A DNA stretch of 63,945 nucleotides, filler included, from Intoshia linei (taxonomy: Eukaryota > Animalia > Orthonectida), in assembly GCA_001642005.1 (NCBI GenBank). It is 4 parts of 4 records of this genome, joined end to end, with 100 filler letters (N's around TTAATTAATTAA, not from the genome) between each part and the next. Parts side by side here need not be neighbours in the genome. Positions count along the whole stretch, not along the records: positions 1 to 22,149 come from LWCA01000608.1; positions 22,250 to 42,019 come from LWCA01000715.1; 2 more parts are not named here. One strand, written 5' to 3'. The position numbers were made by a program, and so were the translations under genes. The notes under the pieces were generated by a model. It was given only the letters and a program-made list of their open reading frames with translations, had not been told where the DNA came from and ran no database searches. Of the stretch, positions 13,901 through 26,056 are shown piece after piece; the first letter of the stretch is position 1; every line of letters starts with the position of its first letter.

Positions 13901-15943
13901 TATTATAACGCGGGCCGCATATTTTATAATTGGGGCCCGCAAATGACTCGAGGGCCGCATAATTGACACCCCTGTTAAATATACATTATCGAGCTTTAGA
14001 GATAAATTTTTATTAACGGAATTTTTGGTTCATACAAATTCGTTAAGAAAAAATTCTGTTATTAGGGAATTTTTTCCGTTAAAATCGAATTTCCGAAATG
14101 TGCCATGTATAAATTTTTAAAAACAGGACATGTATAATTTTTTTTAATAAAAAAGTGGCCCACGAGACGCAAACAGTTGCCAATCTCTGGCTTAGAGTGT
14201 ACCAAAAAAAATTATTGTTAAAAATTTCATTTACTAATTTGAAAAAATCACAATTTCGACCACCAGCCAACGTAAATCTTATCAGCAACGCTAATGTTAA
14301 ATTGGCATACAAATTGCAGTTATAATTTAATAAACACTTTTAAACGTAATCTTATTTAAAATAAAATTAAGTTAAGTTAATCGTGAAATAAAATGGATAT
14401 AAATCAATGTCACCTGTCCATCATTCCAAAAGTAAAATCCTATTCCTTGACGCATTCCATTTCGTGTACTTCCAATGTATATACCATCAGACATTACTAA
14501 ATATATTTGTTATACATACAAAACAAAATTCAACATTATAGTTCAACTCAAAGATTTACACCATTAAGTATATTTTTAGCACAATAATTTTACCATGTAC
14601 TCGGTACATTGTACCCTTTAAATTTTTTATATGAACGTTTTTGATGATTGGCACAGTAAATAATATTCAAAATGAGATATGGTTTAAATTAAAAATTTAG
14701 CTGGCTCTTTAGTAATAGAAATATACTAATTTAGTGAATTATTATAGTTTATTATCATAATTTATTTAACGCAACAAATAAATCACAACCAAGTGAAATC
14801 GCTGAAGCCAAAGGCTGAAGGTATGCTTATAGGGGACTCATCTACCGACAAGTTTTTGATTTCGAAAATAAATATTGTTGCTATAAAATGTTTACATATG
14901 AATTTCTTATGCATCAAGCAATACATCTGGGCGTAGCAGGGTGCCTGTATTCATTGGTTCACAAACACTGCTATATATTTTAAAAAGTACAATACTGTAC
15001 AAAATACACATTCAATAACAGAGGTGTCAGACTCAATTTGGTCGGCGGGTCAAATGTGAAAAAAATTATTACGTGGGCCGCACAAAAAATATCTTTACTC
15101 AAAAAAGTATGTTAAAACTAATATATTTAATTAATTTTAATTCATAAAATGAAATATGAAACAATACAAATGGAATAAGAATAAAAATTGTAATTATGAA
15201 TAAATAAATCATGAAAATTATATGAAAAGACTGTAAAATAAGAAATATGTGTAAAAAATAAAAATTTATATTATAACGCGGGCCGCACATTCCATAATTG
15301 GGGGCCGCAAATGGCCCGAGTGCCGCATAATTGACACCTTTGTTCAATAAGATATTGTTTTGTATTATAATATTTTGTATGATATATAAATTAGACATAA
15401 ATTATCAAATGTGCAATGTACATAATTTATGTTGTACAAAATTTGACATAAAAAATTAATTATGCAAACATTAGTTATATTAGACAAAATTGTTAATTAA
15501 TTTTGTAACCTTTGATAATATAATTGTAATAAAGAACCAACAATACTGACATGAATTACGTAATAATTAGATTAAAAATTAAATAATTAGAAATAAAAAC
15601 TAGCATTATCAAAATAATAAAATAATTAATAAATTTATTAATGTAATTATGAAAATATTCAAAAAGTACATTTATAAATGTATAAATATAGAATATTTAA
15701 ATTAATCACAAAATAAATATAATTAACATTGTAAAGATAATATATGAAAATTTTGAAAATAATTAATTTTGAAATAATATTACCAATTTTCACTAAATTG
15801 TAGTCTTTTACAGCCAAATTATACTCCACTTTTTGTATAGTATCAATTGAGTCAATTTCCAATGTATTCATCTAAATTTTATTTGAATATTAAAGTAAAT
15901 TGAAAAAGAATTTTAAACACTGTATTCATTTTAAACATACCAT
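1930..15943 (-). CDS. ANKMY1: Ankyrin repeat and MYND domain-containing protein 1 (MORN repeats, ankyrin repeats, MYND zinc finger), multi-exon
   Basis: GT-AG exons (approximate): 15941-15943 (ATG), 15784-15871, 14414-14497 (GIYIGSTRNGMRQGIGFYFWNDG), 12864-13010 (YFGSYYCDRRHGFGIYTWKNGSVFQGSFYLDERHGFG, MORN), 11285-11424, 10237-10990 (DVTDSSGNTALILAC), 9387-9931, 7963-8131, 7236-7358, 7079-7153, 6341-6448, 5435-5560, 4915-5021, 4478-4624 (DKRIWHTPYHALTADERETLNARK), 4194-4348 (FCYECGKSLNVRLSLCPRCKSIYYCSKICKTNGWNNHHKSNC, MYND), 2235-2386, 1930-2157 (stop). Domain order and motifs match vertebrate ANKMY1. The terminal exons are less certain. Confidence 0.92.
2962..3222. mobile_element. Fold-back MITE-like element with ~60-bp imperfect terminal inverted repeats
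   Basis: AGCGATACATCTTAGAGCGACATAATCATAGATTTTGCTAATT at the left end mirrors AATTAGTAAGATCGATGATTATTTAGCTCTAAATGTATCGCT at the right end. Confidence 0.6.
3244..3560. mobile_element. hAT-type MITE, family A (CAGGGGTGTC...GACACCCCTG)
   Basis: Terminal inverted repeats (TIRs) with subterminal GCGGCCC motifs and a perfect 8-bp TSD CTCTAGAC (3236-3243, 3561-3568). Confidence 0.9.
5862..6320. mobile_element. Tc1-type MITE (IR/DR ends)
   Basis: TIRs CAGTGCGCGACGTAAGTCTTAGGCACCC / GGGTGCCTAAGACTTATGTCGTGCACTG, TA on both flanks, and an inner repeat TTAGGCACC near 6075. Confidence 0.88.
8355..8678. mobile_element. hAT-type MITE, family B
   Basis: CAGGGGACGGCAACC...GGTTACCGATCTCTG with a perfect 8-bp TSD ATATACAC. 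Partial relatives lie at ~14100-14189 and ~50640-50718. Confidence 0.85.
8693..9380 (+). mobile_element. Helitron-like non-autonomous repeat (5' portion)
   Basis: Begins A|TCCTAACTTATATAAAAG followed by a TG microsatellite. The body recurs at 38100-39144(-), 46290-46477(-), 46600-47356(+), 50970-51243(-), 63430-63945(-) and 1150-1600. Confidence 0.6.
13595..13974. mobile_element. hAT-type MITE, family A
   Basis: Same TIRs as 3244-3560, with a perfect 8-bp TSD TTAAATAT. Confidence 0.9.
15019..15342. mobile_element. hAT-type MITE, family A
   Basis: Same family, with a perfect 8-bp TSD TTCAATAA. The ORF 15099..15398 is a by-product of this repeat. Confidence 0.9.
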
Positions 15944-17094
15944 TTTAAAATAAAATGTTTCTATTGCAAAGTAAATGTAGATTGAATATTTCACAAAAAC
16001 ATTTTACAAATAGACTATTGATAAATCAATTTAGTCAACGAACAAACTTAAATAGTGCACATTATAAAAGTTTAAAAAAGTTTGACAATTTACGCGTTAC
16101 ACAGTATCCAAGAATATCCAAGAAATGATCCAAATAGAAACACAATATTTTTGAATTCATATAAATATTATACTCACTAACTTTATAATTACAGTACATA
16201 TATACAGTATATGGTGGTATTTTCTGTATTTGAAAATTTTGATATAATATTTTTACAGTTTTATAATTTTTTAATTCATTTAAATGTATATTTTTGATTT
16301 TGAATTATTTTATTCATCGTTTCATGTGCAATAAATTTTCTCACAGCTTGGGAATAATGTAGTAATTTATTAATGCAGATATACCTATATATATAAGATC
16401 TAATAACTTGTGATCACACCAGCCATTAATTACTTTTTAAATCTGAAGCCGATGAAACGAATAATTTATTTGTTTAATTGTCAAAATTATTTACTGTATA
16501 CATTGTTAATTAAATATATTGCACCGGTTTGTTGGATACAAGTTTTAACCTTTTTTAGACATTTTTGCTAAATCTTGTCAACACTATTTTTATAATGTTT
16601 TTAAATTCAAATTGGCAATTATAAGTATAATTAAATCAAGACGGACACTGTAATCTTGTTTACGATAAAACATTTAGCGGTCAAGTTGAGTCGTTCATGT
16701 TGGCGTAATATTACATTTTGTTGGATTGAACCAAATCATCCCGTTATAAACATTGTATAAATCATTGCGTTTTTATTGTTGGTTAAAGAATTTGAAAATT
16801 TTCGGACTCGAGAATATTTTATAAATATTTCATTTTATTAAGGGTCGCGCTCACAAAAAGATTGAAAACCAGTGGTATAAATAATAATTTTGAATATATA
16901 CCACGAGTTTAAACTGGAGAAGAATTTTATTATATGAATGGAAGATAACCTAAATTTTTAATCTTTAAAAACAATGCATTAAGGCAGTGGTTTTTAACCT
17001 TTTTTGACCTATGGACCCCCAAATATTGATCTTAATGACTGTGCACCCCTGATTAAAAATCAATTAATACAATATTAATTATAAATAAAATGTT

Positions 17095-18700
17095 AACTAT
17101 ACCATTTCACTATCGATATGATAATAATTACAATCGATGTGATAATAGCTAAATTCAAAATGGAATAACGATTGCCAATGTGATGATAATTACAAGCGAT
17201 GTGATAGCAATTACTTTCAATGTGATAACAGTTAAATGCAATGTGATAATGTGGGTTTATTCGAAAACCCTTACGTAAATATAAACAGAAACTTCGCTAC
17301 AACTAATTAAAATTAAAATCAGTATTATATGGGCCAAAATTTATATTTTTATACGTCAGTATTGAGTCATTTCTAAAAATCCCTTTTTTCTAACTATTTC
17401 TTAATAAACGTTTCAAATTCTTTTTCGAATAATTTTTTTTAAATGTTATATCCATTTTTGACAAAAGTAGTTTTATATTAGTTATGATTATTTAATTTAA
17501 AAAAATATGATTGCTTGATTTAGATAAATTGATTCACCCTAAAAATTATTTGAAATTATTAATTAACTAAAATTACCTCAAAATTGCATATCAATCTTGT
17601 TTATTGCATCAATATATTTAGGTTGAATGCCAGATATACAGTTGATGCATAACTGTAGGGTTATGTTGTCAATAGATTCAGTTATCAACCTTTCCAATGT
17701 TTGGAGTCTGTTAATAATTAATTTATTTCAATATATTCTTATATAATATACCTAAAATTCATAATACTCATATTGTCCCTGTCAACGACTAAGATTTGTG
17801 GCATTCTAACTAATATAAATACATAGTTATTACATGAAACACAATATTACTTGATAACTGTCGTTTAACTTTAGACTTAATCACTGACTACACCTTTTCT
17901 ATTGGGTTTAGCATTAAGCTGTAGAAGGCCAATCTTAAAAAATATTATATAGCCTTCAATTATTGCCTTTTGTGAACGCCCTTGCGTGCGTGAGAGGGGT
18001 ATGTTGAAATTTTTTTCATCCATAAATATAACAGGAATGTTTAGTGATTGATGGTGAAACAAAGTTTCAACATACACCTTTCGCTTTTCCTTATTTGCGT
18101 CGGAATTGGCAGTTTGGGGTTCATATCTAACAGTTTTAAGAGTATACATCAATGACTCTAATATTGATTAATAAGATTTTATAAAGTATAGTTCACCTAA
18201 ATGTCTGCTAATTGTTTGCTTGGAGAGGCGAAGGCTGAATTTATCAAAAATATCACCAACCACGTGTTTAAGGTAATTCTTGGGTTATCCTATTTCAATC
18301 CTCCACCATATAATGTAAATATTATATACTTAATAACCATTCATTTTACTTAAACATATTGCTTCTAAATTTCTTTATCATAAAAATATTTAAAATATTA
18401 TTTTTCTATTTTATATTCGAAATTTAACATATTTATTAATATTGTTTTGAAATTTAATTAATACAATATGTTAATTAACCTTAAATTAATATATTTATGA
18501 ATTTAATTATAAAAAAATATTAATAATAACATAATAATAAATTCTCACTTTGAATTTAGTTGAAATTTTTCCTCTCATTTTAAATGTAATTATTCTTACA
18601 TTGATTGTAATTGTTATCACATTGATAATCCTTATTCCATTTAGAATTTAGCTATTTTTACATTGACTGTGACTATTCTTACTTTAAATGTAAATATGAT
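17095..18700 (-). mobile_element. Degenerate IS630/Tc1-superfamily transposon with long inverted ends made of ~19-bp tandem units
   Basis: ORF 17877-18152 contains YTLKTVRYEP..N....KEKR..Y...VIFMDEKNFN....RTQGRS (first DDE motif). A C-terminal remnant RLQTLERLITESIDNITLQLCINCISGIQ lies at ~17580-17710. CAATGTGATAATAATTA-like arrays at 17105-17250 are mirrored at 18540-18690. Confidence 0.72.
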
Positions 18701-18758
18701 TTCAAAATGAATTTATATTTTTATTTCGAAACTATATTATGGTTAATTAAACCATTAA

Positions 18759-19147
18759 AGTAGTAGCGGAAAACTTGTACATAACAATTGAACAAATTTA
18801 TTTACATAAATTTTAATGGGATCGTTATTGTTGCTTCGAATTGAGAAGTAAGCTAAATCTTAGCATTGTCTTTGATAGGCTTACTCGCTTACCGGCACGG
18901 ATATCTAATTTATTCCTTTTTCATTATTTGTATAATATAAAATCCAGCCTCACAAAACTATGTTGTAACAAAAGTAATAATTACTTCAAATGCAATTTTA
19001 GTCACCAATGGATAGATATTAAGCATACTACACCAAAAATTAATACAAAATTAATTTGATTATTAAATGATTGTGAATAAATTCAATGAGCGTTAAATAT
19101 TAACTGTTAATTATTGTCAATTGTTGTTAAAATTTTCCGCTACTACT
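18759..19147. mobile_element. TTAA-associated MITE (Kolobok-like termini)
   Basis: TIRs AGTAGTAGCGGAAAA / TTTTCCGCTACTACT, with TTAA at or overlapping both ends. Confidence 0.6.
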
Positions 19148-19723
19148 TAATTCGTCTATTTTCTGAGTCTTAATAAGTATCAAGATGAAATTATGTCTTA
19201 AATCTAATCTTTTTGTTGATAATAAAAATATTCATTATGTAATTTCACTCATTTAGAAAAATAATTAATTATTAACTACATGTATAATGTAATTGAAAAA
19301 AATTAAAAAAAATAGCTCTGTGCACCCCAAAAATTGATTAAGCCCCCCTTGGGTGTATCACCCCAAAACAGCAGAAAATATTTTCAACGTTTTATTCATA
19401 AATACAGACTAATTCGTCGTTGACGGAATAATTGGTTTTGAAAAAAATTTCATTCTGTTAACGAGGGATTTTTTATAATAGTAATAATTATTATTATGAT
19501 GAAAAAAATTATACTTTATTAAAACCTGTTAATTAAAACATAGTTACAACTGTTGGGCTTATAAAATTAAATTCTCTACATCGATTTGAAGTCGGTTCAA
19601 ATCGTAGTGGTGACTCAAATTGAGTCAGTTGATTTCTGATATAAATGGTAAAAAAATAAATTAGAAAAGTACGACTAATATATAATGTATTAAATAATAT
19701 AATTATTGAATCAAATTCATATT

Positions 19724-20648
19724 TTATTTTCTGTTTATATAATCTTTATAGGATAACGTATATTTGCAACTTTGATAACGTTCAATTTTCATGGAATCTT
19801 TAATATCTTCCAATTTACCATAATATCCCGCTTTGTTCATTAAAGACTTAATTATAGCGTCTTTAGAAGCTAAATAAAATAATATCTATTTATTACATTT
19901 TAACAAAATTCCCAATTTTACTCAATCTAAGAAAAATACTAAAAAAATTTAATCACATATCAATTTTTTAAAATTAAAAAAACAAGGGTTGAAATGAAAA
20001 GCTACATTGTAGTTTGCACTATAAATGATGTACAATGTACATTGAAATGTATAAAAATTATAAAAAATAAAAACATACGAAATGTTCCAGTAACTTCAGG
20101 TAAATAAGTAGCACACATATTTTTCCCTTTAGAAGAAAATTTAAGGGTTATACCATGAGTAGACATCTAAATTAAAATTTTAAATTAAAACAAAATCAAA
20201 ACCTCAAAATCATGTATATCATCTCCATTTTCAAAACATTTTAGCAAAGAAACTGTACCTAAAATTTGAAATACAAAAATATGATAAAATGAAATTACAT
20301 ATGAGGCTTTCCAATTCACTGACAGTAATGGGATCAAATCGCATATCCTCAAAAGCACTATAAAAATGTACATGAAAAAAATAGTACATAACAAACAAAT
20401 GTACCTAATCTTTGCATAATCTTCTACACCCTTGTGAACAGAAATAGCTTCAAACGTACCAATACAACCACGCAACTCTGCATTGGGTGACATGGTCCAC
20501 GTAACAAAAAGTGGACTAAAAATAAACACCAATACAAAAAATATTACGATTTATCATTTTCAAATTTGGGTTCGGGACGAGGTGTTTTTTTTAAACTAGA
20601 AACTATACAATCAAACGCATATTCAGGATACACCATATAATCTTTCAT
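19724..20648 (-). CDS. AMMECR1: AMMECR1-family protein, 6 exons
   Basis: Spliced protein contains PLFVTW, LRGCIGTF, SAFEDMRFDPI, TVSLL..FE, HGI, ATYLPEV and ERYQS. Introns: 20516-20547, 20358-20404, 20259-20298, 20167-20202, 19870-20077. Confidence 0.95.
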
Positions 20649-20906
20649 TTTACAATTCCTTAAATTAAATAAAATTCAAAAATTTAATTTTCTAGACTAC
20701 TACTTTTGTTTCCAATAGACATTTTATCTTTCTTATTTTATATTGTCAACAAAGTTTATTACAAATTGGTATTCCTAAATTTAAAAAATGTATAAACTAT
20801 TTTTATATTTTATTATGAAATTTTAAAGAAATATTACAATTATTCGTCTTTTTGATTATTTAAATCTCAAGATAGGATATATATTTATAAAATCGAAATA
20901 AATAAA
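20649..20906. promoter_or_regulatory. Putative bidirectional promoter between AMMECR1 and SAAL1
   Basis: Only 258 bp separate two divergent start codons. This is a positional inference only. Confidence 0.5.
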
Positions 20907-21543
20907 ATGGAAGAATCTGCTGAAAAATTAGAAACTAAATTGGACGATGCAGATTTAGATCGACAGGAAATGTGCAATCCAAGAATTGACCGGGAAGATT
21001 ACAATGATTTGATGAATGATGGAACCATGATCAGTGGAACAACGTTTTCTAAAAAATGGCTGCATTGTACGCTTGTTGAACTGCTTCGTGTAATTATAAT
21101 TAATTTCGATATAGTATACCCCGATTTCGGAAGTTTTTTTATAGTAATTCACAAATTACAATTTCTATAGTATTATTTCGGAATTAATTTGTAATATATT
21201 TCTACCATTAGTACACTTTATTTAGAGATAAATCTGCTATTTATTTATACATTTGTATTAACATTTGACAATGTTTTATGAGATGCCGATCATTAATCCA
21301 GAAATTTTTCCTTTATCAATATTGACAGTCTATATATTATTGTATTTAATTACGAAAAAATGAGTATTATTATAAATCTTGATATATGAGGCACCCGATT
21401 TCGTGGTATTTTTCAAAATTAGATGCCGAACACGAGGTTATATTGTAGTAAAAATATATTAGCAAGTTCAAGAAAAGGATATCAATTTACCTGAAAATTT
21501 ACAAAACAAATTATGCATTGTTTGGGATATTTCCATACATGGA
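20907..21543 (+). CDS. SAAL1: SAAL1-like protein, first two exons (remainder not recoverable; assembly spacer downstream)
   Basis: Exon 20907-21088 has ISGTTFSKKWLHCTLVELLR (cf. SAAL1 IGSTVYSKHWLFGVLSGLIQ). Exon 21463-21543 has NKLCIVWDIS (cf. NEICRVWDMS). Confidence 0.75.
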
Positions 21544-21893
21544 GTATTTTTATAATTTTATTGATATTGAAAAGTGTGTGCAGTTGATTTTAGTCTATAA
21601 TCAGGGATGCCAAACAAGACGATTGCGATCGACTGGTTGACGTCATAATTTAGATTTTTTTTATTCAAATTATTAATTTTTTAATAAAATTCAATATTTT
21701 TTATTTTCATTTTGCCTGATGAGATTATTAAGATTAAAATATGTAAATAAAATTCGTCATTCATTGTAAAACTCAATTCAACTGCATTAACTATTTTGAT
21801 ATTATCAACAGTGTTGATTCAACGCGATAAGAATAAATTTCAACACAAATTAAAAAATCATTTATATTAGAGATGCTGATCATATGATTATAG

Positions 21894-22149
21894 TAGGGGT
21901 GTCAATTATGCGGCCCTCAAGCCATTTGCGGCCCCAATTATGGAATGTACCCGCGTTATAATATAAATTTTTATTTTTTATAACAATTTTTTACACATAT
22001 TTCTTATTTTACAGTTTTCTCATATATTTTTCATGATTTATTTATTCATTATTACAATTTTAACATTATTTGTACACTTATTTTATTTTTATTGATTCAT
22101 ATTTTATTTTATGAATTAAAATTATTATAAATTAATTAAATCTGTTAGT
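21894..22149. mobile_element. hAT-type MITE, family A, truncated by the gap
   Basis: TAGGGGTGTCAATTATGCGGCCC start, with the same body as 3244-3560. Confidence 0.85.
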
Positions 22150-22249
22150 NNNNNNNNNNNNNNNNNNNNNNNNNNNNNNNNNNNNNNNNNNNNTTAATTA
22201 ATTAANNNNNNNNNNNNNNNNNNNNNNNNNNNNNNNNNNNNNNNNNNNN
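22150..22249. other. Artificial contig spacer
   Basis: Exactly 100 bp: 44 N + TTAATTAATTAA (stops in all six frames) + 44 N. Confidence 0.97.
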
Positions 22250-22491
22250 GAATTGTATTATTTTATAGATGCCTAAGACTTATGTCGCTCGGAATTTTGC
22301 AATTTTAATTAAAAATACTTATATTTCATTAATTATTAAAAATTTTTTATACTTTTTACTTTTTTTTAGGGTTGTTAAATATTTTTTCTTGATCATAAAC
22401 TAGATATAATATAAGAAAATGTCTTAAATCATGAACCAGGAGTGTTTAAATTAATTACAATTAGGGTGCCTAAGACTTATGTCGGGCACTG
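22250..22491. mobile_element. Right end of a Tc1-type element (same family as 5862-6320)
   Basis: Ends GGGTGCCTAAGACTTATGTCGGGCACTG|TA, with an inner direct repeat TGCCTAAGACTTATGTCG at ~22270. Confidence 0.8.
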
Positions 22492-22616
22492 TACATTACT
22501 CTCGAAAAACTATTAGAAATGCGGTTTTTTCGATTCTAAGACTTAATATTTTAAATAAACAGTATAACACATACGCATTATTTAATTTTGTTATTTGGCT
22601 ATAGTTGGCTATAACA

Positions 22617-22956
22617 CAGGGGTGTCAATTATGCGGGCCCCAATTATGGAATGTGCGGCCCGAGTTGTAATATAAATTTTTATTTTATATAACAATTTTT
22701 ACACATATTTCTTATTTTACTGTTTTTTCATATATTTTTCATGATTTATTGCTTCATTATTATAATTTTAACATTATTTTGACACTTATTTTATTTTTAT
22801 TGTTTCATATTTCATTTTATGAATTAAAATTATTATAAATTAATTAAATCTGTTAGTTTTAACATAATTTTTTGAGTAAAGATTTTTTTTGTGCGGCCCG
22901 CGTAATAATTTTTTTTTACATTTGCTCCGCCAAGCAAATTGAGTCTGACACCATTG
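22617..22956. mobile_element. hAT-type MITE, family A
   Basis: Same family, with a perfect 8-bp TSD CTATAACA. Confidence 0.9.
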
Positions 22957-23852
22957 CTATAACACAATAACATAAACGAAATTTACAATATTGATTATAC
23001 ATTTTGGCAACAAATAATTCCATTGTACAGTTTACGAATACTCTTATTTGCAGTTAATTAACATAAATAGTAGATTGTTGTTATTGTATATATAAAATGC
23101 ACAAATGCAATGACAGAAAGTACTTAAAATAAAAGTGGCTAGATTTTATGAATGTACAGGTGGATTTGTTGATATATGCATTGAAGTTTAATACAAACAT
23201 GAGCAAGTTTAATGATTTATTAACATTTTAACCTAGTTTTATTGTTTTGTTTATTTAAAAAAAATACCCCTTAAACTTGAATAAATAATTGCAATAGGTT
23301 TGTCACATGTAAATGAAAAACTAAATAAATTAAAAACTTTTTAAAATCTATTGGTAATAAAATTGATTAAAATAAAAATTTAATATATAAATATCATGTA
23401 ATAACATGAGAATAATGGATAAAATATTGAGTTCTAAATCATGTTTTATAATTTAATTATTAATTTTAATTATTAGGTAATAATATTGATATTGAACTGG
23501 ACACAAATAAAACCACCCACATTGATGATATTGTTTGAATCTTATCCAAATAATTGTTAAGAAAATCTAACAATTTTGTTAAAAGTTGTATAATTAACCA
23601 CATTTCATATGAATTTTAATATTTACATTTATTTTAAACATACGGCCAGTAAAAAATATGTCTGTAAATAAAATTAATCCACTATGTATTTAACAAATAA
23701 TAATAATAAAGTATTATTTAAACATTTAATATTCTATCAATAAAGAATTTCTAAGTTGAATTACGTATATATTATATTTATTAATACGGTCATGTTATTA
23801 ATTTAGCCATCAAATTAAAAAAGTTTAACCCGTTGATAAAAGTCTAACGTAA

Positions 23853-25952
23853 ATGAATAAAACGTGTTTTGATTTTAATGACGAACATTTGTAAAATTTA
23901 TTTGGTTTAATGTTTAATACGGTTTAGGTACTATTATGGTAGTTTGAACAGGGAAACGGCTAATGATTTTTTAACTAGTCAAGGTGCAGAAGGTTAATTT
24001 GCCATTTATTTACATTTCTCTTTATTTTTGTCAAATTTAAATTTAGGTTCTTTTTTAATACGCTCCAGTACAACCAAGCATGGAGATTTAGTTCTATGTG
24101 TTAGGTATGTTTTTTCAAGAGATTCAGAAATAGTTAAAGGTGACAGTTTTTAGATTTAATAAAAAAATTTTATTGAGCCTTAATTTAATTTGCATTGAAG
24201 ATATTTAACGTACTTGACGAATTCTAAAAAATACAAGTATCATCTATGAGACTGGATATTTATCATCCATCAAAATTAATTTACAATAGTTGCTGTTTTC
24301 AATTAGAAATTTGGTCTCAATTCTGGATTTGAGTTCTCATATGAATTGTGAAAACAATTGTTTATTGTTTTTTAAGTCGTATATAATTAATTCGGCTTTG
24401 AAACGGTTAAATAAAATGTAAATTTATATTTAATTTGTGTATAATTTCATTATCGCATTTATCTATAAAGATTGATTAATAAGGCGCTAATTTATAAATT
24501 CGTTAACAAGATGGTTTTTTATGAGCGTTCGTTACAAATATATACTCCCATTCTGTGTATAGATAAAGGTGGATTCCGTTATAAATATTTGAATGAAATT
24601 GGATTTAGAGAGCCAACAAGAATTGGTCATTACATAATAAATGTCAATGTACAGAATAAAAACAAAATGTATAGATGCGGTGGAAAAAACTACAATACAT
24701 TGGGTGAACTGGTTGAAGATTTTTGTAATGTCCCGTTACAAGATATTTCACTAAAAGCTCCAGTAATTTTTAAAATAAAATTCATATAATTATGAATTAG
24801 TTATAATTTTTTCTAGTTACATTTTTAAAATTTAGTTACCCAAAGGACACTTGAGAATCATACTTGATCATTTATCCAGAGTAATTTTACTATATAAAAT
24901 ATTTATAATTGGTTTTATTATTCACCTGTCATGGTCGCTATTTCAAATAAAACCAAGTAAAATGGAAAATATTAAGTGTATTCAGAATAATAAAAATAAG
25001 ACCCATTTTGAATAATATCCAGTATATCTTGATTTTGAACTGCAAAATTTTTTCCATGATTGAAACCATCAATTTCAATTATAGATAATATTTAACAAAG
25101 CCATTAAATTATAAAAAAGAAGAGCCATTTGTATCAAGGCTAGGCATTATCTTTTAAATTAAGATTCATTACATATGAATGACAGTATAATTTACTTCAT
25201 TTATCTTGAAAATTAGTCTAACGATGAAATAGACTGTATGGCTGAAGACCGAGTTAGTATTTTGGAATACGCGGATGAAAGATACAAAGTAAAACATGCC
25301 AACGGAAAAATAGGATACATACCAAAAGACATAACTATACAAGTAAAATTCAAATCTAAATATCGATGGTCACTTTACATTACAATTTTAGTGTGACGAA
25401 GCATATAACGATTACCTAAACAAAACAAATAAAATTGATTATCGACGCAGTGATCAATGCAGCTCAAAACACGGATCACTAAATCTAGACTGTAAACGAT
25501 ATTCGAGCGATATGGTACTAATACATTTTTAAATTAATATATTATAATATAGAGAAAAGTTCCGTTTAGAGTGAAAGCCATTCGAAAACGTGGCAGCAAT
25601 CCATTAGACAAAGAAGCTCTAACGTTTAATGTAATTAACTAAAATTTCCAAATCTACGATTGATCATCCCATAAGTGAGAATTTAAGATGTATAAATTGA
25701 TCGGTTCTAAACATTAATACACGTGTTTATATTTTTCTTTGGGATAAATATTTGATAAGTGAAAAGTGTAGTTTATAAAAAACCATCTCCATCTCTAGAT
25801 AATTTTTTTTAATTTCAAAGATTTAGGTTGGAGACAGAATAACTGTTATACGTGTATCATTAGACGGTACATGGGTAGGTACCACAGATGCAGGAATAAA
25901 AGGACATTTTCCATTTAATTCTGTTGAAATACTTGGATCTGACCAAGAATAA
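23853..25952 (+). CDS. CRK: Crk-family SH2-SH3-SH3 adaptor, ~9 exons
   Basis: SH2: YYGSLNRETA...GSFLIRSSTTKHGDLVLCVREPTRIGHYIIN. A degenerate first SH3 spans ~24836-25342. The C-terminal SH3 VKAIRKRGSNPLDKEALTFNVGDRITV...GTWVG....KGHFPF is typical of Crk (KRVPNAYDKTALALEVG...GHFPF). Stop at 25950-25952. Confidence 0.88.
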
Positions 25953-26056
25953 TTCTCAAATATCATCTCGAATTAACCATTTGTACTACGAAAAAAATTT
26001 TACAAAATTTGCAATATATAATAAATTTAATTTTTTCCATTTCATATATTACAATG

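Noticed and set aside
22194-22205. TTAATTAATTAA as a biological motif
   Set aside because: Identical placement in three exactly 100-bp N runs shows it is a synthetic linker.
22960-23540. Downstream SAAL1 exons or SAAL1 pseudogenisation
   Set aside because: Similarity is weak (WLDFM...LIYALKFNTN), there are in-frame stops, and the region lies beyond a spacer. Neither reading can be supported.
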